Of a stretch of 64,000 nucleotides of DNA, positions 25,091-38,714 are shown in pieces. Within the stretch, counting starts at the first letter, position 1; every line of letters begins with the position of its first letter. Under the pieces are notes generated by a model, which saw nothing but the letters and a program-made list of their open reading frames with translations, was not told the origin of the DNA and searched no databases. The stretch comes from Chiloscyllium plagiosum (lineage: Eukaryota), in NCBI RefSeq assembly GCF_004010195.1, contig NC_057720.1:26238811-26302810 (forward strand). The letters run 5' to 3'. The position numbers were made by a program, and so were the translations under genes.

Positions 25091-27875
25091 TAGGTTAGAT
25101 GGGCTTCAGATTGGTTTCACAGGTCAACGCAACATTGAAGGCCGAAGGGTCTGTACATTGCTGCAATGTTCTATGTTCCATGTTCTAAATAGAACTGGAT
25201 TAATTTAGGATATCTGGCCAGCATGGACGAAGGGTCTGTTTCCGCGCTATACAAATCTATGACTTTATGACTGCTTCTTGCGTTGCGGTAGAGCCCGTTT
25301 GAGAGATCAAACTCAATATGTCTGATGCATAAGACTTTCTTGTAATATTTAGGAAAGTGCTCACCTGAAGAATTGTGAGAGTCATTAGTAGTAATCTGGT
25401 ACCAAAAGTGTTAAGAGAAATACTTAACACCCATTAGATGAGGGCTCACACCAACCACTGGATTACTTATTCGATTAGCAAGGAGACAGGCAAAGCAAAT
25501 TAGTCTTAATTAGTCTTTCTGTATCAGAAGGTTAAAATTGTACCTTTCTGCACAAACGAAAGTCAATTGTATTAGTAATAGATGATCAACTGATGTTTGC
25601 TACAGCTACAGATTAAGTAGAAATTGTGGTTTACTGAAGCATTTTCCAGGCAGTCAAGATTAACACCTTCCTGATCAAAATGGCAGAATTTTAGCCAAAT
25701 GCAAATAATTACAATTAGGATTTGCCTGTATATGTCTGGTACTTAGCTTGGGTGAAAAAGTCATCATATTGTTCCAGTTGAAATCTACAGCAGGACATAT
25801 AAAGGGGGCAAAGTTTACTTGGGCATGGGCAGGAAATTGGCAGTTGTTAATCAGTCACCCATTGCAATTAGACCCAATCTATCCAGAGCATGATTCATCA
25901 CCATCAGTCTTCTAACCTGTACACAAGTGAAAATGTTCCCACTATCTTTCCAAATGACACATTTTTACTGAGACCATTAGCTTCTATGAGTTAAATGTGT
26001 AGATTTATACACTACACAACATGGGATAATAGTACGGCTTGACAGGGATCAGAAAGCATTGGTTAAACAGTCTTATATAACGAAATGTGGCCAATGATAG
26101 GGACTGAAAAGCAAGTAAGAGCTTCACATTGTGTTGCCTGTGCCTGTACTTACACTGTAAGCCATAAGCATGCCCCACTGATAAAATTGCTTTACTTTCA
26201 GGTCATGGACCAATGATGCGATTTCCTACATCCTCTACTTGAGCGAGTAAAATTATAAGAGGTCTTTGTTACAGCGGAGGTAAAGTATACATCCATTACT
26301 GTGCTCCAGCAGATGCCCTGGATGAACTTAATTGCAATAAAACTGCTCTTTGATCAGCACTCTCATGCTACCTTTTCAGCATCCTGAACCAATATACATT
26401 CCCCTCAGTTCATACTTCTCAGGGTTTCCTGAAATACCATGTCTCAAATGACACCACATGTCCTTGCAGAACTTAGAGTTGATGCAACATGTCTGTTGTC
26501 TACTGCCTGATCCAACCTCAGTGAGATCCTATCCTGCTACATGCTACCATTCTCCAATGCTGCATCGATCCTACATTGATTTGACTCTGTTTTCCAGCTC
26601 TGGCCTATCTTATAATAATTAGATAGGCAGTCAGCATATTAATATTTCAATCTTTTATAACATTACACCATACTACAATCATATTAAAATGCCTACTTGT
26701 TTACCACTTATCTAGAATGAATATCATGATCATATTTTGCCTAAGGGTACATTTCTTGTCTCCAGAATATCAACTATGTGTCTACACAATCTGACCACAC
26801 CATCTCCTCAATGTCAGAAAATATCCTCAATGTATGGCTCTTTGTCTTTTAAATAAATCTTTTACCTTCTGTGCCAATTCCCATGAACTTTAAGCTAGTT
26901 TCAATTTCATGCATCTCATGACACCACATGCCCATGCCTAATCCTCCTGGCTGTGTTGTGGAAGCTCTTTCAGAAAAAATGGCATTGTGGAGCACTTTAT
27001 GCATCTGTAATAATTGCTCTCCTTCAATCACCCTGTTATGATTTGTTCTCCTATACTGTGGCCAATGCTCACGGTGCTGGCTTTGGTGAATTACCACTGA
27101 TTAATTGGCATGCTTTCTGTGCTTTGTTACCTGATACTCATAAGACTGAAAAATGATCATCGCTCTAAACCATCAAGCATGAGGTCCTAACCCTACCTCA
27201 AACAATTATGTGTGAACCAATTTTCAGAGAACAATTTCTCCGTATCAGTTTGTACAATGCATCATAAAATATTGTACTCCCTCCACCTGAATATTACTTC
27301 AAGTATATTTAAGTTGCTACATTAGTCTTTGGCAATAACAGTTGCAAGCTTTCCACAATATTTAAAATGTCTGATGATACTCTTCTTTCATTGATTAAAG
27401 ACATTAAGTCTTACTTGTCTGAAATGTCAATTTTGCATCCATTAGATCTATAACTAAAACAACAGCAAGCAATTTCCTCTTACCATAACCCACATATAGA
27501 GCTCTCATGATGCAGACTTGTGTTAATTTATGTTCTGGATCTCCTAAGAATAGAGGGATTGCCTCCTCCACATATCAGGAAAGTGAGGAGCAGATGGATA
27601 AACTGCTAAATGTTCTGGAAAAAAAAATGCCTTTTGAGTTAATTCAAACTGACTTATTCATTTTCTGAGTCTGATTAAAAGAACTCATAATGATACTCTT
27701 GCCAAAATGAAAACACTATCACACATTGACATGTACCACATCTACGTTTCCAAAGTCTAAGAACCCTGCAGAGAGTGATAATAATTTCATAACAAATTCA
27801 CAATCATTTAAATTATAAAATTTTTGTGAAAAACCAACAGGTTATTTGGCGGCCGAAGCTGTCATAGTGAGAAGT

Positions 27876-28082
27876 TAAAAATCACACAACACCAGGTTAT
27901 AGTCCAACAGGTTTAATTGGAAGCACACTAGCTTTCGGAGCGACGCTCCTTCATCCTGGATGGTGGATGAAGGAGCATCGCTCCGAAAGCTAGTGTGCTT
28001 CCAATTAAACCTGTTGGACTATAACCTGGTGTTGTGTGATTTTTAACTTTGTACACCCCAGTCCAACACCGGCATCTCCAAA
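27876..28082. mobile_element. Young PLE terminal palindrome (85-bp arms, 1 mismatch) with 14-bp TSD
   Basis: Arms 27872-27956 and 27965-28049. TSD TCATAGTGAGAAGT at 27862-27875 and 28083-28096. Confidence 0.92.
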
Positions 28083-30144
28083 TCATAGTGAGAAGTGTAA
28101 TCTATATTTTGTTTTCTGAATGAAAAACATTAAATGTGATGCAAGGGCTGTCACTGCAAGAGCCATAATTTCCTTCCCACAACACCTCTGTAACTTTATT
28201 GTGAAAATGGCTCTGTCTGCATTGGCTTCACTTCTTAATGATAAAAATTGAATAGTGCGAACACGTTAATTCTGATTGCTGTTGATGGATAATGTTTAAT
28301 TCCTTAAATTGAGTCAAGTTTCATTCCAATGAGCATGAAATAAAAATATAAACATCTGTATAATAAGATTTGTAGGATCCTATTAAAATTGGAAAATGCT
28401 ATTGCTGGCTGTTGCATTTAATGTTCCTCTGGGCTCTGATTTCCAACAGTTCAAGAGCATTGTAGTGAAGAGATTTCAATTTCTCACAATATTATAATAT
28501 TGAATGTTAGGAAATTATGCTTCCTACTTGCAGTGTGTAGCATTAAAACAGAAGAGAAGAAAAGAAGACAATTTCACGCAGAGCTGACCTAAGCTGCTCA
28601 AATTGTGCTGTTTCCACCACTCTGCCTAGGCTTATCAGTGAATACAGTATTTGCAATATACTTTGACAAGGAAAAGAAGCAGCGAACAGAGTCAGAGGAA
28701 GAGCTATGCATCCATCAAGATTTTGATAAAGAACACAATTAATGTTCACCTTCAAGGTGATCAAGGCAAAAGTATTGCCAAAGGTTTACACTTCAGCCAC
28801 TGTTTTCTTTCCCTTAATGGACATCACTAGTTTGGAGTGCAGGTTTGGGAAAAAAATTGCTTTGATCCAGAAATGTGAGAAACATTCAGAGATCAAGGTT
28901 GCAAAATAATTTCACATCGGATCACTGTCTGCTTTTTTTGACAGCAGGATGATGGGCTGAGCACAAACAATAATGAAACAGTAGAAAAGTAATGTGAAGC
29001 AGCAGGTTAGCTAGCATGATAGGTTTTTTCACAGTGTCTCTTCATCTCTACGTTGTGCAATTTATCTCCACTCTTTCTGCCAACAAAAACTATTTCATAG
29101 TGTATATATTAAAACTGGATAAAATATCACCTATCTATTGCTAACTGAAATACTTTATTATTAAATGCATGAATGTTTGAGATAAATTTCCTGCCACCTT
29201 TTCTAATGATACCAGATGGTTCCACCATATTATCAAGTAAAATATTTTATAATTGCATTCCAATTCCATCCTGGGTTTAAGCTATAAATCAGTAGAGGCG
29301 AGAGTTCAAGTGCACTATCCTTCCATCTGTAATCCAATTCAACTTTGCTTGAATAGCACAGCTAAAACTCTTCTTGGTGACAACTGCCTGGATTAGGCCT
29401 CACCTTAGACCATGTTTCACCTTTGCAATCTAGGATAGAATCGAGCTTAGACACAGTGGCAGCAAGCTGCTGCAAAAGATCTTACAACAGCTTTGGTTCG
29501 GTTTCTGTTCAACATAATGCCACAGTGCAAGCAATGCACTTTGAAACTATGTACTACTCAAACTGTAACATAATAGTTTGATAATTTCCTTCAGGTTTAT
29601 AATTCCACCGAGCTTTAAAGCAGAGGTATACAATTAGGCTAATATAACAAACCTGGTAGATACTTTTGGGACAGAAGAGGAATTTTCTTCCATGACCGCC
29701 CTGATATCAACTTGGATTGGATGGGGAAAATCTTTTAAACCTCAGACAATGAAACCTACCACCATCTCCCCACCCTAACTGGGAATTCCTGCCTCCTGTC
29801 CCATCAATAAGGCTGCTTGCCATTCTTCCCTCTTTGCCAAATACACAGCAATGACAGCTGGCTCTGAGCTCAGGAAGCTATGCCGTTGACTGCCTTCCTA
29901 TCCCAATTATTAAAATGGTTGCAGCAGGCTCTAGGAAGTGAAGATGGAGTTCTTATTAAGTGCTCTTCTGACGTTATGGAATTATCCTTGTCACATAATG
30001 GCTGGAGATTCATTACTAGTACTATGTCAAAAAAAGGGGTCTGACTGTGGTAAATAAAATGGAGCAGGATCACCAGACTCTGAACTAATAATTCCCGTAT
30101 GTAATATAGCAAAAATATCAATAACAAGGATTGTTACAATAGCA

Positions 30145-30470
30145 GAATCATAGAATCTCTACAGCGTGGAAGCAAGCCATTTGACCCATTGAGTCTTTCA
30201 CTGACCCTTTAAAGAGCATCCCACCCAGACCCACCCTTCCCCAACCTTGATCCTGCATTTCCCATGGCCAATCCATCTAACCTGCACACCCCTGGATACT
30301 ATGAGCAATTTCTCATGGGCAATCCACCTAACCTGCTCATCTTTGGACTGTGTGAGGAAACCTAAACAGACATGGGTAGAATGTGCAAGCTCCACGCAGA
30401 CAGTCACCCAATGGTGGGATCAAACTGATGCTGTGAGGTAGCAGTGCTAATCACTAAGCCACCTTGCCAC
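30145..30470 (-). mobile_element. HE1-like SINE
   Basis: Reverse complement of the tRNA head (gcagtgctaatcactaagccacc) at ~30440-30465; tail agaatcatagaatc at ~30145. Confidence 0.9.
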
Positions 30471-30479
30471 TCGAGTTGA

Positions 30480-30900
30480 AGTCAGAGTAAAAGCTTCCAA
30501 TCAAAAATACATGGGAAGAACTGATGTCGAGAATTATATATCCCGGTGAATAAGATGAGACTAATATTGATAGTATGCCATTTGAGCTGCCATTTTTCAG
30601 ATAAAATTTTTTTGACTCTAGTCAGTGTGCTCATGTTATTTTAATAGATCCATTTGTATTTGAAGAAGAACAAAGTGTCTTTCTTGTGTTCTGGCAAATA
30701 TCCCTGCGTTTGCCATTCCCCAGAATATACAGAGTTTTCAGTCGTTCAGTCATTGAGTTTTGCAGGATCTTATTCTGTACACATTGGATGTCACATTTGC
30801 CTACTTAACATCAGTGACTGCACTTCAAAAACAATCCATTTGTTGTAAACCGACTTGAGAAATCCCATGTCAGAGAAAACATACAAAGAAAGGCAAACTG
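30480..30900 (+). mobile_element. Ancient L2-tailed SINE remnant (LF-SINE/LmeSINE-like)
   Basis: Diverged motifs tttgaagaagaacaa..ctggcaaatat and cagtgactgcacttcaaaa..ttgtaaac, recognised from memory only. Confidence 0.35.
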
Positions 30901-32026
30901 CATATTTCACTTGGGGGAGGTAGAGAGGGAAGCCGCAATTAGGTACAAGTAGAGGAACTCTCCATTGCCTTTGACCTGGCTACTGATGGGTACTGTCATG
31001 ATAACAATAATCATTAACCAGGGATTGATTAACTTTTTGAGGTAGTTTACTGAAAACAATAAAACACATTACAAATTATGAAACAAACATTACAACCCCC
31101 AAATAATTTCTGTACATGCAGGTAGCAAATTCATAGCTAACTACCTGACAGATAGAATCATACAGTTTCTGGAATCCATCAATGTTAACTCTCTGAAAGA
31201 CAAGGTATACAAAAAGAAACCCTCTATTCCAAAAATGAAAGCTGAAATATTTATAATAACAGATGAGCTTAAGAATCGTTATAACAAACAGATTAATTTC
31301 AAATGCATTCAGAACTCTTGGCATTGACTTCACCTGAAGGTGCTAGTAATTTCCACAGTTATTAGTCATATTGCCTGTCACTCCTGTTTGTGTTGACAAG
31401 TTTTTATTTCAACGACTACAATTCCTGTTCCAGCATTTGCTAATCCTGATACACTATAGCCAAGTTCTGCTTCAGATTAGTCACTGACTCATCACATTCC
31501 TCAGGCTGTTTCAATAGTTCAAATTGCCTTGGCATTTACTGATTTGTGCCTTAAGAGCTTCCAACTCATTTGGAAATTCTCGTTTTACACCTCGGATCCT
31601 GCTAATTCTGTAAAAGGCTTAGTTATCTTTTTGTTCAGTACATTTTGTTTTCCTTCACAACCTCTTCTAACAAATGTTCAACCACTTCAGCTTATTTTTT
31701 CTCTTTGTATTCTTTAAAGACCGGACCTCTTCCATTTGCTGTTTCTATAGTTATTTGGTTTCCTCTTTGTATTGCCTAAAATATTTCACTAAAACATCAA
31801 CACGAGCATTTATTTCTGAAAGGACTGCTTCAGATGTGATTTACAGCTCCTTATTATTTGCACTGTGCATCTCCACCTTTTTTTTTTCCTTGCCTGTCAT
31901 TTTCTCCAAATTTGTTCCGACCTCAGGCTGATATTTTTGTAGCTGCTTCTGCTGAACCGGATTTATTTTAAATGTGAGTTGCTCCAAATCTTCCTGTGAA
32001 TTACTGGTTTATGATACAGAGGTTTT

Positions 32027-34915
32027 AGAGTCATAGAGATGTACAGCAAGGAAACAGACCCTTCGGTCCAACCCGTCCACGCCGACCAGATATCCCGACC
32101 CAATCTAGTCCCACCTGCCAGCACCCGGCCCATATCCTTCCAAACCCTTCCTATTCATTTACCCACCTAAATGCCTCTTAAATGTTACAATTGTACCAGC
32201 CTCCACCACATCCTCTGGCAGCTCATTCCATGCACATACCACCCTCTGCTTGAAAACGTTGCCCTTTAGATCTCTTTTATATCTTTCCCTCTCACCCTAA
32301 ACCTATGCCCTCTAGTTCTGGACTCCCCAATCCCAGGGAAAAGATTTTGTCTATTTATCCTATCTATGCCCCTCATAATTTTGTAAACCTCTATAAGGTC
32401 ATCCCTCANNNNNNNNNNNNNNNNNNNNNNNNNNNNNNNNNNNNNNNNNNNNNNNNNNNNNNNNNNNNNNNNNNNNNNNNNNNNNNNNNNNNNNNNNNNN
32501 NNNNNNNNNNNNNNNNNNNNNNNNNNNNNNNNNNNNNNNNNNNNNNNNNNNNNNNNNNNNNNNNNNNNNNNNNNNNNNNNNNNNNNNNNNNNNNNNNNNN
32601 NNNNNNNNNNNNNNNNNNNNTTACCATTAAGTATATAAGTCCTGCTAAGATTTGCTTTCCCAAAATGCAGCACCTCGCATTTATCTGAATTAAACTCCAT
32701 CTGCCATTTCTCAGCCCATTGGCCCATCTGGTCCAGATCCCGTTGTAATCGGAGGTAACCCTCTTCACTGTCCACTACACCTCCGATTTTGGTGTCATCT
32801 GCAAACTTACTAACAGTACCTCTTATGCCCGCATCCAAACCATTTTTGTAAATGACAAAAAGTAGAGGGCCCCGCACCGATCCTTGTGGCACTCCACTGG
32901 TCACAGGCCTCCACTCTGAAAAACGACCCTCCACCACCACCCTCTGTCTTCTACCTTTGAGCCAGTCCTGTATCCAAATGGCTAGTTCTCCCTTTATTCC
33001 ATGGATCTAACATTGCTAATCAGTCTCCCATGGGGAACCTTGTCGAACACCTTACTGAAGTCCATATAGATCACATCTACTGCTCGGTCCTCACCAATCT
33101 TCTTTGTTACGTTTTCAAAAAAACTCAATCAAGTTTGTGAGACATGATTTCCCATGCACAAAGCCATGTTGATTATCCCTAATCAGTCCTTGCTTTTCCA
33201 AATACATGTACAGCCTGTCTCTCAGGATTCCCTCCAACAACTTGCCCACCACTGAGGTCAGGCTCACCGGTCTATGGTTCCCTGGCTTGTCTTTAGCGCC
33301 CTTCTTAAACAGTGGCACCGCGTTTGCCAACCTCCAGTCTTCCAGCACCTCACCTATGACTATTGATGATACAAATATCTCAGCAAGTGGTCCAGCAATC
33401 ACTTCTCTAGCTTTCCACAGAGTTCTCGGGTACACCTGATCAGGTCCTGGGGATTTATACACCTTTAACCGTTTCAAGACATCCAGCACTTCCTCCTCTG
33501 TAATCTGGACATTTTGTAAGATGTCACCATTTATTTTCCTACAGTCTATATCTTCCATATCCTTTTCCACATTGATACTGATGCAAAATATTCATTTAGT
33601 ACCCTTTGGATTCTCCTTAATTCTATTTGCCAAAGTTATCTCATGTCCCCTTTTTGCCCGCCTGATTCCCCTCTTAAGTATACTCCTATTTCCTTTATAC
33701 TCTTCTAAGGATTCACTTGATCTATCCTGTCTATACCTGACATATGCTTCCTTCTTTTTCTTAACCAAACCCTCAATTTCTTTAGTCATCCAGCAATCCC
33801 TATAGTTACCTGCCTTCCCTTTCACCCTGACAGGAATATACTTTCTCTGGATTCTTGTTATCTCATTTCTGAAGGTTTCCCATTTTCCAGCCGTTCCTTT
33901 TACCTGCGAACATCTGCCTCCAATTAGCTTTCGAAAGTTTTTGCCTAATACCATCAAAATTGGCCTTTCTCCAATTTAGAACTTCAACTTTTAGATCTAG
34001 TCCATCCTTTTCCATCACGATTTTAAAGCTAATAGAATTATGGTCGCTGGTCCCAAAGCTCCCCCACTGACACCTCAGTCGCCTGCCCTGCCTTATTTCC
34101 CAAGAGTTGGTCAGGTTTTGCACCTTCTCTAGTAGGTACATCCACATACTGAATTAGAAAATTGTCTCGTACACACTTAAGAAATTCCTCTCCATCTAAA
34201 CCTTTAACACTATGGCAGTCCCAGGTGATGTTTGGAAAGTTAAAATCCCCTACCATAACTACCCTATTATTCTTACAGATAGCTGAGATCTCCTTACAAG
34301 TTTGTTTCTCAATTTCCTACTGACTATTAGGGGCTCTATAATACAATCCCAATAAGGTGATCATCCCTTTCTTATTTCTCAGTTCCACCCAAATAACTAC
34401 CCTGGATGTACTTCCGGGAATATCCTCCATCAGCACAGCTGTAATGCTATCTCTTATCAAAAATGCCACTCTCCCTCCTCTCTTCCCTCCTTTCTGTAGC
34501 ATTTGTATCCTGGAACATTAAGCTGCCAGTCCTGCCCATCCCTGAGCCATGTTTCTGTAATTGCTATGATATCCCAGCCCCATGTTCCTAACCATGCCCG
34601 GAGTTCACCTGCTTCCCTGTTAGGCCCCTTGCATTGAAATAAATGCAGTTTAATTTATTAGTCCTACCTTGTCCCTGCCTGCCCTGACTGTTTGATTCAC
34701 TTCTGTTCTCAACTGTACCAGTCTCAGATTGATCTCTTTCCTCACTATCTCCCTGGGTCCCACCCCCCCACCTTACTAGTTTAAATCCTCCCGAGCAGCT
34801 CTAGCAAATTTCCCTGCCAGTATATTAGTCCCCTTCCAATTTAGGTGCAAAACGTCCTTCTTGTACAGGTCACTTCTACCACAAAAGAGATTCCAATGAT
34901 CCAAAAACGTGAATC
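32027..34915 (-). mobile_element. CR1 LINE (end of ORF1 esterase, ORF2, 3' UTR), 5'-truncated, spanning the gap
   Basis: Minus-strand FLDHWNLFCGRSDLY (ORF1), GDFNFPNI, SDHN, KSPGPD, HRPVSLTSVVGK, GVPQGSVRGP, KFADDTK. (gactctat)-type tail at ~32027-32040. Confidence 0.95.
32409..32620. other. Assembly gap (212 N)
   Basis: Run of n inside the CR1 RT region. Confidence 1.
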
Positions 34916-36819
34916 AATTTTAGTTCCTTTTCCTTTTTTTTTCTCCATCCAACACTTTATTCTTCTTTGTGAGCTGACCAGTTATCTCCTTACACCTCAA
35001 TCATATTGGAGATGACATTCTCAAAACCGAAAATGGCAATCCTGAGTTAGTTGCTCAACCTATTTCTTTTGAACTTGAGATTTTTTTTTTTCTCCACATC
35101 TGAAAGCTGAACATTTAGGCCCACTGATTCACAGTCTGCTGCAGATTTGTAATGCCTTCGATCTCTGACTGATTCCCTGGATTAGGACTATTGTAAAATC
35201 ACAGCATGCTGATCTACCTGCATTCCCTGCTGCAGCAAAATCTGCAGCATTCAAGTAGGTTGATTGAAATTGCACTCTAGCATTATTACGGGTGGACTTG
35301 GTGAATGTTGCATACTGCGAGTTTTATAGCCACAAATTTCAATACGTTTTCCATGTCTGTGTGTACCTTTTCAGAATTTGCAGGGGCAGCATATCGCCAC
35401 TTACTCCTCTACCAATCATCGCCAGTTTTCTAAAGACAGATAATTTGGATTTTCATGAACACTTCAGATGATTTCATCATATTGAAAGACTTTCTATGAG
35501 ATTTCCAGTGTGGAATGTGTGTTCACTGCTTTTTAGTTGCCATGTACATTGTGAGATTCTGTTTTGTCAATCCTGTCTCTGGCAGGATGTTAGGTGGTCT
35601 TTACTGTAGCAGGAAGATATTTCTTGCATGTGCTTGGTTTGTAGCTGCAATGCCTCTGCCATATGCACCTTTGCTGCTACACCCCTTGCAAAGCTGACTG
35701 CAAGCTGGTCATTTCCTTGGTGCATGTCAAAAGCCACATGTTTCACACGTCATGCTATGCTTGGGTGTTCTAGTGAGTGTGTCAACTGTCATGTTTGTAT
35801 TAAGGACCTGTAAGCTTCATTAACCTGTAAGGACTATTTCATAATTCTATCTGCCTGGCAGTAATTTTTCAACACTGCAAGTCTTTATCTTGTCAAGCAA
35901 ATCTTTCTGGAAAGTGTCCATGGGAGTTGATGCAGCCACCAATTGTTTGCTAGCTCCCCACCTGAAAAATCATAAGTCTTTTTCTCAGTATCTGCCCATG
36001 AAGTCTATGCATTCAGTAGGCTTTTGTCTAAATTGCATGAATGCTTGTCAATAAACTCAAGAGTTTAATCGGACTCTGAATGGGTCTTTAATATGGCCTA
36101 TATCATTTGTGATCTTTTATCTCTTCACTGTTAATCCAGATGTGATAAGTTTGTACAGACCTTTGTTCCTAATCACTAAGCAAATCTTAATGGCTCATTT
36201 TCCTGCATCTCATGTCCAAAATCCAGAAGCCATAGCACTGATCACTGTTTGAACATTTTATATATGTTAGGAGTTTTTCTCTGTCCTAATTTAAACTGGA
36301 GATTTTTTTTGTTGAATACTCTGAAGAGATGCCTTTGACTTTCATTTGCTTGCTATTGATCTAGCACAGACCCTGATCACTTGCCTATCTCAAGTGAATT
36401 AAACTGGTCTCTCCGAAGGCATTTGAGTGTTTACTGCAGAAGCTGTGTTTTCAATACTCTGATGTGAGCTGAATGTCTCATCCACCTCAGCACAGTGTAA
36501 GGCGGTTAACATATGTTTCAGTTGTAGACTAACTCGCTTGCTGATTATTCAAACATGATAATTTCTGAGCCCCTTTCCCCCTCCCCAGTCCTGATTAAGA
36601 GTCCTGATCTGATACATTGACTTTCCTGCAGTTCTCTGACCAACTGGGCCTTTTCAGTTCCACAACTTATCAACTCAGGCCTCACAGCATAATGTTTTCA
36701 CCTCTGTCCATCACGTCATGTAAACGACAGTTGTCTAACAAACAAATGCGCATCATAAATAAATTAACCCATGGACTTAATCTGTTTAAAATTGTAAAAC
36801 GCATTATAGGCTATGAAGC

Positions 36820-36950
36820 AAACATGAAGAAGTGTTATATCAGAATCAAAACATTAACTCTCTTTCTCCAAAAATATTACCATACCTGCTGAGTTTCTCG
36901 AGCCTTTTTGATTTTATTCTATATTTTCAGCATCTGCAAGATTTTGGTTT
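36820..36950 (+). mobile_element. Old PLE terminal remnant
   Basis: aaaacattaactctctttctcc..acctgctgagtttctc..ttttcagcatctgca resembles the PLE termini elsewhere in the window. Confidence 0.55.
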
Positions 36951-38147
36951 TATTACAGCAATCCAACAGATCTTTGTTTGCAGCTTCTAAAGTCACAGTG
37001 GACTAGCAGCCAGGCAGGGGTGCAACATTGTGTACACACAGCATGTGGAGTCCTTAAGGATGAGCCATTTGAAAAACAACATATATATACCACAGGGTAC
37101 AGTGTTAAAATCTTTATTTCAACATACTGTCATGACTCATCTGGATAAGTTTGCAAACTTGCATGTAGTCACGAAGGATACCAACAGTCTGACTGTGAAC
37201 GATTTAGATTAAGGTAACAAGAAAAGCTTGCTATAAAACTTAATTTTCTCCTCAGTATGGAGCTTTCATGTCAATCAAAGTGCCTAACCTAGTCCATTTT
37301 CTTGAAGATAAGTGGAGATCAAATGTCTCCCTGTTAGTAAAATGGAAAGTGTATCAATAGATTATTCTATTGCCAAGATCAATACAGTCTTCATCTACCA
37401 CATTCTTAAATAAAAATCTGGCATTGATATGAATTCAATAGGTAATGTTATCTGGTTATTAAGGTAGAAAGGGTATGAAATTTTATTAGAAATGTGTGAC
37501 TCAAATTCATCGATCCTTTTAATTCAAAGATAATAGATATACAAAGTCATGTTTGCAATTATGTTTATAAATACAATGAAGGATAATGTATTTTTTCACA
37601 TGCCAGATGTGTTGAACGCTTTTAGATTTCAGGTCAGGGAGTGCCTTTGCTCCACAATGATGATGTGTATGCTAAAAAAGCAACTGAGAAAGAAAGTGAT
37701 AGTACTACACAACATTTTTGTGCACTGTTATATGATCTGACAGTTTAATGATTGTAATATTTGATGGCCTACTTAAAGTTCCTTCAGTTTCTTCACTACG
37801 TAATTTGAAAACATTTAATCCTTAATATACACCAATGCTGATACAACCAATCTATGGCTGGAGCTGTTCAAGGAGGCAATTGCCTCACTCCTGGCTAAAG
37901 AATCAAGGACAAGTCTGTCCCTACCTCGTGGTGAAATAATGACCAGAATTAATGGCTGTCAGACTGAGGTCGGGGCTGTCATCCCCATCTGGGATGATGA
38001 TCCACTTCTGAGAACAACCAGCCAATCATATAGCTGACAGATCTCCAGTCTAAACAGCACTGTTGCATAGCAGTGGCCACTGCTGGCACTGCAGTAGTCC
38101 TCGACAAGACCCACTGGGAGGCCAAATGAATGGTGAGTTGGGACAGT

Positions 38148-38390
38148 CTAAGATTAGATTAGATTCCCCATAGTATGGAAATAGGCCCTTTAGCCCAACA
38201 AATCCACAACAACCCTCCAAAGAGTAACCCACCCAGACCCTGTACTTACCCCTCACTAATGCACCTAACACTATGTGCAATTTAGCATGGCCAATTCACC
38301 TGACCTGCACATCTTTGGATTGTGGGAGGAAACCCACTCAGACACAGGGAGAATGTGCACATTCCACACAGATAGTCACTAGAGGTGGAA
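38148..38390 (-). mobile_element. 5'-truncated HE1-like SINE
   Basis: (agatt)n tail at ~38150 and body cctgacctgcacatctttggattgtgggaggaaacc. Confidence 0.9.
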
Positions 38391-38714
38391 ATTTTTGATA
38401 GAGTCAGTCAGGCAGTTCCTAATGAGATGTCAGAATGCCACAATTCGGGAGGCTGGAAAGTGAAGAAATGGCTGAGTCATTATATTTGGGAAATGTTGGG
38501 CGCAGTGTTCACAAAAAGAAGGGACTGCTCTCCACTAAGGCCGTAGCTAGGCAGACAGGATTTTACTTGACCACAATGTGGTTTCGAGCCCCCTACTTAT
38601 TAAATAGCAGAAAGGAGCAGTTCCTAATGTGACCTTTATTAAACACTTATTCATGGGATGTGGATGACGCTAGCTAAACCAGCATTTATTGCTCATCTTT
38701 AGTTAGGTTTCTAA

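Larger units (their letters stand above)
21219..25186 (+). mobile_element. Near full-length CR1 LINE (5' UTR, ORF1, ORF2 with N-terminal deletion, 3' UTR)
   Basis: ORF1 and ORF2 motifs occur in order, ending in an (atgttct)n tail at ~25165-25186. Confidence 0.93.

Noticed and set aside
27872..28049. MITE / DNA transposon or miRNA precursor
   Set aside because: The arms match PLE termini found unpaired elsewhere (14386-14512), one end has an asymmetric extension, and the 14-bp TSD is long for a DNA transposon.
32266..32940. ORFs spanning the N-run
   Set aside because: Their continuity is an artefact of translating across the assembly gap.
35280..35520. Second Harbinger Myb remnant (also ~16900-16970)
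   Set aside because: Similarity too faint to support by eye.
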